DNA from: an uncultured bacterium
GTDB lineage: Bacteria; SAR324; NAC60-12
DNA: 64,000 bases
Direction of reading: 5' to 3'
NCBI GenBank assembly: GCA_965662235.1
Contig: CBFIGY010000016.1
Location: 8,782 to 72,781, forward strand
Below, one piece after another: positions 57,072 to 64,000 of this stretch. The notes under the pieces are model-generated. The model had not been told where the DNA came from, did not search any database, and saw only the letters and a program-made list of their open reading frames with translations. The stretch's first letter is position 1. Each line of letters starts with the position of its first letter. Both the position numbers and the translations under genes were made by a program.

Positions 57072-59519
57072 TCAGGAGACTTTGGGGAGGGTGATGCGGA
57101 AGTGAGCCCCGTGGTCGTGGTCTTCGCGATTGCGAGCCTCCAGGGTGCCTTGATGCTCCTGGAGGATGCGACGGCACATGGAAAGGCCCAAGCCACTCCC
57201 GTGCTCCCCCTTGGTGGTGAAGAACTGCTCAAAGATCTTCCCGATCACCTCCTCCGGAATCCCAATCCCTGTGTCATAAAGATCGAGTTGCAGAGAAGTA
57301 TCGTGTTCTGCAAGGGTCAGCCGAATCTCCTTCAAGGCGCCCGGGACCTGTTCCTGCTGCTCTCGGATGCCATCTACAGCATTGGAAAGCAGGTTCTGGA
57401 TCACCTGAATCATCTCCTTACGGTTGAGCCGAATCAGCGGTTCCTGCTCCGGATCGTCCCAAGGGAACTGCGTCTGAAATGCAATGCTCTGATGCTGGAA
57501 GGTGCTCTCAAACAGTTCGGTGACTTGGTGAATGATGGGGGTCAGCGGCTGCTCCTGCACCTCGTCTTCCGCCCCAGCGGTTTTGAGCGTACGTGACATG
57601 ATCGCCCGGGCGTGCTTGAGGGCCGCCTCGGCCGCTTGCACCGATCGGAGTCCTTTTTGAGCATGCTCCGGTGCCAACAGGTCCTTGAGCTGGTGCAGCC
57701 GCAGTTCCAGCGTCGAGAGGGGTTGCTTGAGGTCGTGGTTGATTTCTGTGGCCAGCTGTCCTAGGGCTGCAAAGCGTTCGTGCCGCCGCAGGGTTTCTTG
57801 CTGCGCCATGAGCGCGGTGACATCCCGGATCACGCCAATGCGCCACCGCTGTCCATTTCGGATGTTGAGGGCCGTGGAGGCCTCCCGCCACTGCCAGGAA
57901 CCGTCCTTCATCTGATACCGGTAAGTGAAGGTCAGAGGGGTGCCGTGGGGAAGGGTCGGAAGTTCCTCAAACACCAAGCGCCGCATGAGGGGACGATCTT
58001 CCGGATGAACGCGGTGCATCATCGTGTCAAATGCCACCTCTTCCGGACCATCTAGCTCCTGCATCTGAGCATAGGTTTCATCAAATTGCCGCTCTCCCGT
58101 GTCGAGGCAGGATTCCGCAAAGCCGAATTGGGCCGTGTGCATGGCCAGCTGCAGGCGCTGTAGCAGCAGTTCCCGGTCCTGTTGAGCATGCCACTTTTCG
58201 GTAATGTCGGTGACCACGCCATACAGTTCAAGTGGCTGCCCCTGATCATCGAGGCGCAGGGCCCCTTTTGCTTCAATCCGGCGAATGCTGCCGTCAGAGG
58301 TGATGATGCGATGCTCGATCGCGTACCCCTGTTTGGATTCAAGCGTTTCCTTCAGTTGGCTTTCTAACAAGGCCCGGTCTTCAGGGTGAGTCGCCTCCCG
58401 ATAGGTCTGCAGTTCGAGTTGCTGCTCCAGGGGGATTTGAAAGAGGTCATACACCTCCGGACTCCAGCTAATGGTGTCCGTAGGGACGTTCCAGCTCCAG
58501 TACCCGCTCCGGTTGAGCTGCCGAGCGCGCTGCCCTTGCTCAATCTCTCGCTGCAGTTGTGTCAGCAAGGCCTCCCGTTCGGCCTCTTGCTGAACCTGCT
58601 GGGTGAGGTCCCGGGTGATGTTGAGGACCTTGAGCCGCTTTTCAATGATCTGGATCTGTCCACTGGCCTCAATCCAGTGCATCGTTCCATCGGCATCTGG
58701 CAGACGCAGGGTCAGCTTAACGCTCTTGCCCGGCTGCTGCACAATGGAGTCAATGGCTTCCTTCAGCAGCGGTTGGTCGTCCGGATGCACCCGGCTTTCC
58801 AGCCAGTCCCACATGCTGAAGCTGGCGTGGAGGTCAATGTGGTTGTGTTCCAGGTAGTGGGTGTTCCAACGCTCGAGGGTTCCAGTCTCCAGATCAATCA
58901 AGGCATACCCCAGTTGATCTGCCTGCAGAACCAGGTCGAGCTCCTGCAGCAGGTGCTTCTGCTCCTCCCTCCACTGCTGATTGTCTTGGGTGACGTCTCG
59001 GTCAAAGCCCCGGACGACCCGCTCGCCGTTGGGCAGTTCAAGGAAGTGCCCGGAAAATTCCATCCAGCGCCATCCCCTTTCAGGATGCAGGTAGCGGTAC
59101 GTCTGCTTCAGGGTTGAGCCGACGGGAATTTCGCCCTCAAGAAACAAAATCCGCTTCATCACCTCCCGATCCTCCTGATGCAGACGGGTCAGGAATTCCT
59201 CTGGGGTGAGGATGCGTTCAAATCCAAACAGGTCCTTTTGGTACTGATCGGTTCGTCCCTGCTTTTGGTCGAAGTTGTACTCGTAAAAACTCAACTGGGC
59301 TGTGGTTTGCGCCAGCTGGAGTTTTTCCAAGGGTCCCTGGAGCTCTTCCTTGCAGGGGCCTGACGATTCAGGAAGCGGTGCAGGCATCAGGCAGTCCTGG
59401 AGCGCGTCCAGCTCCTGCTGCCACTCAGGGGACAGGAGCGCGTCCGGATCGGAAGACTGAAGCTGTTCCAGTTGCTGGCGGAAGGCCCGTGCTTGCTCCA
59501 GAAGTGTGGAATTGGTCAT
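57072..59519 (-). CDS. Cytoplasmic multi-PAS sensor histidine kinase
   Basis: About 4 PAS_3 domains (HP.DR), H-box EINHDLKQPL, N-box NLLSNA, DTGIGI, FFTTK, GSGLGL. Confidence 0.9.
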   Translation of the reverse strand: MTNSTLLEQARAFRQQLEQLQSSDPDALLSPEWQQELDALQDCLMPAPLPESSGPCKEELQGPLEKLQLAQTTAQLSFYEYNFDQKQGRTDQYQKDLFGFERILTPEEFLTRLHQEDREVMKRILFLEGEIPVGSTLKQTYRYLHPERGWRWMEFSGHFLELPNGERVVRGFDRDVTQDNQQWREEQKHLLQELDLVLQADQLGYALIDLETGTLERWNTHYLEHNHIDLHASFSMWDWLESRVHPDDQPLLKEAIDSIVQQPGKSVKLTLRLPDADGTMHWIEASGQIQIIEKRLKVLNITRDLTQQVQQEAEREALLTQLQREIEQGQRARQLNRSGYWSWNVPTDTISWSPEVYDLFQIPLEQQLELQTYREATHPEDRALLESQLKETLESKQGYAIEHRIITSDGSIRRIEAKGALRLDDQGQPLELYGVVTDITEKWHAQQDRELLLQRLQLAMHTAQFGFAESCLDTGERQFDETYAQMQELDGPEEVAFDTMMHRVHPEDRPLMRRLVFEELPTLPHGTPLTFTYRYQMKDGSWQWREASTALNIRNGQRWRIGVIRDVTALMAQQETLRRHERFAALGQLATEINHDLKQPLSTLELRLHQLKDLLAPEHAQKGLRSVQAAEAALKHARAIMSRTLKTAGAEDEVQEQPLTPIIHQVTELFESTFQHQSIAFQTQFPWDDPEQEPLIRLNRKEMIQVIQNLLSNAVDGIREQQEQVPGALKEIRLTLAEHDTSLQLDLYDTGIGIPEEVIGKIFEQFFTTKGEHGSGLGLSMCRRILQEHQGTLEARNREDHDHGAHFRITLPKVS

Positions 59520-59939
59520 GGCAGAAAGAGACGCGGGTGAGCCTTGGCGGTGGCTCCCCCCTTCAGGGCAGCAAGTTTCGAAGTGGCTGAAGCAGGTGCT
59601 GAGGCACGATGGAAAAGGGGCAATCCCCCCTGAGGCTTCCGAAGGAACAGAGGCGACTCGGCTCCGGAAGCGTGGGGATCCGTAATCCAGCAGATGAAAC
59701 GATCTACTTTGTGGAAGGAATAGATAGTGCTTTGGGGTATTTTTTTCAAGATCTTTTTCTGAAAAATGGGGATTCTCTTTTTTCCGAAAAACCTGACGGG
59801 GCTCCGGGAGCATTGCTGGGGCAATGCCAGAACTTTTTCCTTGCTGGAGGTGGGCGCCCTTCTTTATGATGCCGCGTGGAGACGCACTCTTTGTGACGGA
59901 CACCTTTCCTTCTTTTTGACCTCACCAACGGTTTTTTTC

Positions 59940-60437
59940 ATGAAACATTCAGTGGCTTTCTGGGCCCTTGTTTTAGCGCTGAGCGCCTGCACTCCTCATT
60001 CGGCAACAGGACCTTCCGGACATACAGAGGAGGCGATGCATCATGCTTCCATGGCGTCTGCTTCTGAAGACGCCCGGGAGTTGGTGGTGTTTCCAGAGCC
60101 CCTTAAGGCCCACACTCTGGCCAACATGAGGGATCACCTCAAGGCGCTCGGAGAGATTCAGCAGTACCTTGCAGCGTCTCAGTACGCCCAGGCGGCAGAA
60201 GTGGCGGAGCAGCGGTTGGGGATGTCCTCAATGGATGACCATGGCGCCAACCACGTGGCTGGGTTCATGCCCGTAGGGATGCAAGCTGCTGGCACGCAGA
60301 TGCACCAGCAGGCAAGTCGGTTGGCCCTGACGCTTCAGGACCTAGAAGTTACGCAGGACTACCCGGCAGCCTTCAAGGCCCTAGCAGGGGTGACGCAGAC
60401 CTGTGTGGCGTGTCACTCCAGTTACCGGTTGCAGTAA
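59940..60437 (+). CDS. Lipoprotein cytochrome c'-like (class II) protein
   Basis: Lipobox LSAC, helical body, C-terminal CVACH. Confidence 0.75.
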   Translation: MKHSVAFWALVLALSACTPHSATGPSGHTEEAMHHASMASASEDARELVVFPEPLKAHTLANMRDHLKALGEIQQYLAASQYAQAAEVAEQRLGMSSMDDHGANHVAGFMPVGMQAAGTQMHQQASRLALTLQDLEVTQDYPAAFKALAGVTQTCVACHSSYRLQ

Positions 60438-60459
60438 CCTCCAGGAGGCCCGGCGTGGG

Positions 60460-61125
60460 TCAGTCGTTGTCGCTTCCCCGAGCCCCGGCCCGGGCTTGGG
60501 ACTGACGCGAAGCCGGAACCGAGGTCAGGCGAGCCAGAGCCTCTAGCCCCTGCCAAACGTCCTTCCGGAGGGGGGCTGCAAAGGTTTGTGAGGAAGCGAG
60601 AAGGGGAAGGCTGTCCTCTGGAGCCAGAACCAGGGTCACCTGTGCCGGACGCGGAAGCTCAGGAGGTGGTAGAGAAGAGGCCAGGCGCCCATCGGCAAGA
60701 AAACGACAGCTGAAGGTGTCTGTTTGCAGCTGCAGCGGCTGCTCCAACTGACGCGCGGCGCGTGACACAAAGGGAAGGAGCACTCCCGGACACGCGACGT
60801 GTTCTAGAGTCAGCGGTAAGCTCTGGAGGCCAATGTGCAGCTCGGCGCAGTCCACCAGGGTCAATCCGGTTCGGAGGGGACACAGCGCCGAGGCTTCCGA
60901 AGTCCACAGAAAGGGAGACAGCCGTGGCGCAGAAAGACCGGGGGACTGCAGCACCGAAAGCAGCAGCTCAGCGCCTTCCAGTCCCTCACGCGTCAACCAC
61001 AGGGCGGCCCATCCGGCTTCTTCAGCCTCTCCCCAACTGAATCCTGCGCCGCGAGCGGCCTTGGTCAACAGAGCGTTGACCTCTGCAAGTGAGAAGAGAA
61101 GGTCCGGAGGAGCCGTCGCCTTCAT
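60460..61125 (-). CDS. DUF3726-like protein
   Basis: SLAEVNALLTKAARGAGFSWGEAEEAG, CPLRTG, C-terminal S...AGARGSDND. Confidence 0.75.
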   Translation of the reverse strand: MKATAPPDLLFSLAEVNALLTKAARGAGFSWGEAEEAGWAALWLTREGLEGAELLLSVLQSPGLSAPRLSPFLWTSEASALCPLRTGLTLVDCAELHIGLQSLPLTLEHVACPGVLLPFVSRAARQLEQPLQLQTDTFSCRFLADGRLASSLPPPELPRPAQVTLVLAPEDSLPLLASSQTFAAPLRKDVWQGLEALARLTSVPASRQSQARAGARGSDND

Positions 61126-62801
61126 AAGGGCTCCTCGTGGGGCAACTCCTCAGGGTAGGGGGCGTTCTGAAAGAGGCTGATCCGGACCCAACGGTCGGAG
61201 CGCGGGTCGAAGCGGGTGGCGCCAAAGAAGGCCAGCTTGCAGCGGAGCAGGTCAATCGGCAGCAGGTTGGCATCAATCAGGTTGTCCCGGACCTCGGCAA
61301 AGGGGTACTGAGCGGTCAGCTGCACCCGTCGGACAATCGCCCGCAGGTCCGGACGGGCCAGCAGCACCGAAGCCACGGGCTCTTGAGGAGCCCACTGCGT
61401 CAACACCTCTGCCAGAGCAGCGGCCTGACGTCCGATGTCGAGGGGCTGCTCACGTTCCGCCCCGGGCTCTTCGTAGCGTTCTCCCAGTCGAGGCTCCAGC
61501 TTTTCCTCTGAGACATACCAGAACCGGGCGCTGTGCTGCGGGTGTCCGTAGTCGACCTCAAGCGCCCAGGCGTACTGTTCCTGAAGCAGCTCCTGAAGCG
61601 TCTGGACAGACATCTTTCCCTGCAGACAGAAGGCGTGTTCCTCGTCGGCATCCATCTCGTCACCCAGTTCATCAATCAGGGCCCCATGGGGTTCCAGCAG
61701 CAGAGCCAGCAGGGCCTCTTGCCCCTCCAGCGGCAGGTGGGCTTCTCCCCAGCGCCACAGGTGGTCCCAGGGGTAGGGCGCGTGCGGGTTCCAGGCTTCC
61801 TGGACGTGCTGCTCCAGCTGCTGCAGTCCTTCACGCAGCTCCTGGGTCTTGAGCAACTGCAGCGAGTGCTCGCTCCGCCAGAGCCGGGCGTTTTCCTGTG
61901 CGGTGACCAGCGCCTGCTGAAACGCTAGGTGCGCTTCAGGCAACACCGTGGGCTGAGCCCGGACCCGAGCCAGCGCGGTTTCTCGGGCTTTGATCCAACG
62001 GTGGATGAGGACAGGGTGCCGAATGAGAAAGGGGGCCATGCCCAGTCCGGTGGAGTTGCCCACGCCAAGGAGGCGTCGGTACTCCGGTGCCAGCCGAACC
62101 GCCTGGGCTCCCCCCTGCACCGCTGCTAGGTGTTCCACAAGGTCCACAGAGAAGGCGCGTGTGAGCCAGACGGACAGCAGTTCCACCTGAAACGGGGCCT
62201 TCAGTTCAGGACGGTCGGCCAGCATCCCGCGGTCCGCCGCGCCGAACTTGCCATTCCCATAAACAGCGGTTGTCCGCATCAGGTACCCGGTTGCTTCCAG
62301 CTGCTCCCGATCCGGTTGGTGCCCTGCAGCAAGCGAGTCCACGACGTGGTTGAAGAGGCGAACGGAGCGGTTGGCACGACTCAGGGAAAGCTCGGATGAA
62401 CGGATGCGTCCGGCTTCTTGAAGCGGCACCTGCTTGGCAAGCCGTTCCAGGTCCTCTGAAGTGGGGGTGCCGTCAAAGAGGGTGAAGGTTGCATCCCACG
62501 CGGTGGCAATCACCCGGTCCGACCGCATGGCTTCCGGAAGGTCATGAGCAAAGGCAATGAGGCTGTAGGCCCGCTCGGGTCCTGTCATGCGGTAAACGGC
62601 ACAACCGACTCCCTGCGCGTCGAGGTTCCAGACGGGTCGGTCGAAGCGCCAGTTTTCGCGGTGCAGGCGTCGGAGGAGTTGGCGGAGGAAGGAAAGACGG
62701 GTGGGGTGACTGCTGCCCATGCGGGCCAGACGCATGACCTCTCCGGGAGGTCGACAGAAGGAGGAGACCGACGGTTGAGGAGAAGGAGAGGACGAGCGCA
62801 T
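61122..62801 (-). CDS. Conserved hypothetical protein (~560 aa)
   Basis: Conserved-looking blocks (RSDRVIA, GYLMRTTAVYGNGKFG, GNSTGLGMAPF, WYVSEEKLEPR, FDPRSDRWVRI); coupled to the downstream gene. Confidence 0.8.
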   Translation of the reverse strand: MRSSSPSPQPSVSSFCRPPGEVMRLARMGSSHPTRLSFLRQLLRRLHRENWRFDRPVWNLDAQGVGCAVYRMTGPERAYSLIAFAHDLPEAMRSDRVIATAWDATFTLFDGTPTSEDLERLAKQVPLQEAGRIRSSELSLSRANRSVRLFNHVVDSLAAGHQPDREQLEATGYLMRTTAVYGNGKFGAADRGMLADRPELKAPFQVELLSVWLTRAFSVDLVEHLAAVQGGAQAVRLAPEYRRLLGVGNSTGLGMAPFLIRHPVLIHRWIKARETALARVRAQPTVLPEAHLAFQQALVTAQENARLWRSEHSLQLLKTQELREGLQQLEQHVQEAWNPHAPYPWDHLWRWGEAHLPLEGQEALLALLLEPHGALIDELGDEMDADEEHAFCLQGKMSVQTLQELLQEQYAWALEVDYGHPQHSARFWYVSEEKLEPRLGERYEEPGAEREQPLDIGRQAAALAEVLTQWAPQEPVASVLLARPDLRAIVRRVQLTAQYPFAEVRDNLIDANLLPIDLLRCKLAFFGATRFDPRSDRWVRISLFQNAPYPEELPHEEPL

Positions 62802-62811
62802 GGGGTTCCTG

Positions 62812-63816
62812 CTACATGAAGGTGAGGGCGTTGAAGCTGGTGGCAAAGAAGCGAGCCCAGTTGTTGCCGAGGATCCCTGCCACTTCATCAGAGGAAAAAC
62901 CGACCTCGCGTAAGCCGGATTCTAGGTTGCCGAAGGCACGGCTGTCAGGGTACCAAGCAGGCATGGGAGGGAAACCAGGGGCGGCCGCGCTGCCTTCGCC
63001 AAAGTCCCGGGACTTTGTCCAGCGTCCATTCCGCATCCACTCCACCACCGAGTCCGGCTGGTCCTGACACAGGTCAGAGCCAATGCCGAGGTGCTCCACC
63101 CCCATGACCTCTGCCGTCCGGGCCACCATTTCACAGAAAGACGCTTGCGAACAGGCGCTGCCGTCTTTCAGATGATGCGGGTAGAGGGAGAAGCCAAGCA
63201 TGCCTCCGGACTCACCGAGCGCCCGAAGAACGGTATCGGACTTGTTCCGGAGGGCAGGATGCCAGTGAGCTGGGTTGGCATGAGTAATGGCAATGGGGCG
63301 TGTGGAATGCTCCATCGCCTCCAAGGTTGAGCGTTCTGCAGAGTGGCTCATGTCCACCACCAGCCCCACGCGGTTCATTTCCCGGATCACCTCCTTGCCC
63401 ATCCGGGTCAGACCTGGGTCTTCTGCCTCATAGCATCCGGTGGCCAGGAGCGATTGATTGTTGTAGGTGAGCTGCATGAACCGCAGACCGAGGCGATGGA
63501 GGATCTCGATCAAGCCCAGATCGTCCTCCATGCAACTGGGGTTCTGGGAACCGAAGAAGATGGCGGTCCGATTGCTGGCCCGTGCAACCTCTAGGTCGTC
63601 TACGGTGAAGCCCTGAAAGATCAGCTCCGGGAAGCGCTCAAACCAGCGGTTCCAGGCTTCCATGACCGCAACGGTTTCCCGGAAGGTCTCATGGTAGGTA
63701 ATGGTGACATGAACGCCATCAAGCTGCCCGGTACGCATCTGCTGAAAGATCGTCTCCGACCAGTTGGCGTACTGCAGGGCATCAATGCGGTAGGATGTGG
63801 ACGCAGGGGTAGGCAT
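62812..63816 (-). CDS. Membrane dipeptidase (M19/amidohydrolase) family protein
   Basis: MQLTYN, EMNRVGLVVDMSH, THAN, RNKSD, GIGSD, ILGNNW. Confidence 0.88.
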   Translation of the reverse strand: MPTPASTSYRIDALQYANWSETIFQQMRTGQLDGVHVTITYHETFRETVAVMEAWNRWFERFPELIFQGFTVDDLEVARASNRTAIFFGSQNPSCMEDDLGLIEILHRLGLRFMQLTYNNQSLLATGCYEAEDPGLTRMGKEVIREMNRVGLVVDMSHSAERSTLEAMEHSTRPIAITHANPAHWHPALRNKSDTVLRALGESGGMLGFSLYPHHLKDGSACSQASFCEMVARTAEVMGVEHLGIGSDLCQDQPDSVVEWMRNGRWTKSRDFGEGSAAAPGFPPMPAWYPDSRAFGNLESGLREVGFSSDEVAGILGNNWARFFATSFNALTFM

Positions 63817-64000
63817 CACAAAGAAGGAAGTTTGGCCTCACTGACGGGTTTCATGAAAATTGAGGGTTCCTGAAGAACCCGGGTCTGCTTCACCTTGTAA
63901 CAAGGAGGGCTCGCATTACAAGCAAAAACTTCAAGAAGGACCCAGCAAGGGGGCTACTGCAGACTTGAGGAAAGGATGGAGAGGCGCCTTCAGGAGCCCC

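Noticed and set aside
59520..59939. Upstream extensions of the kinase (to 59903) and cytochrome (from 59766) ORFs
   Set aside because: They overlap each other, are AT-rich and not protein-like; better starts lie at 59519 and 59940.

Overview
A GC-rich (~60%) bacterial chromosomal segment with about 52 protein-coding genes. Gene content and style suggest a SAR324/delta-proteobacterial-like lineage; this is inference only. I found no rRNA, tRNA, CRISPR array, transposase or prophage. The window holds a split flagellar locus (fliF-fliH-fliI on +, with no fliG; fliJ-motE-fliK-flgD-flgE on -). It also has housekeeping genes (polA, parB-like, tlyA, lpxA, pheS, ABC-F), transporters (branched-chain ABC binding protein, nucleoside ABC operon, TRAP) and signalling proteins (CHASE2 adenylate cyclase, PAS histidine kinase, TPR-CHAT protease, CASTOR/POLLUX-like channel). 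The most notable observations: (1) the palindrome TCCGGA recurs across the window in a HIP1-like way (about 10x enriched in the part counted), with a separate CCTAG/CTAGG skew; (2) an orphan N4-C-type methyltransferase carries a 21x hexapeptide mixed-charge repeat and sits next to a TerB/dead-nitrilase fusion; (3) a CsoR-type operator lies in a promoter driving a Cys/Pro-rich leader protein and two c-type cytochromes; (4) a structured ncRNA candidate lies between tlpA and parB; (5) an unknown protein carries a thrice-repeated ~45-aa module. All calls come from motifs read by eye; no searches were run.
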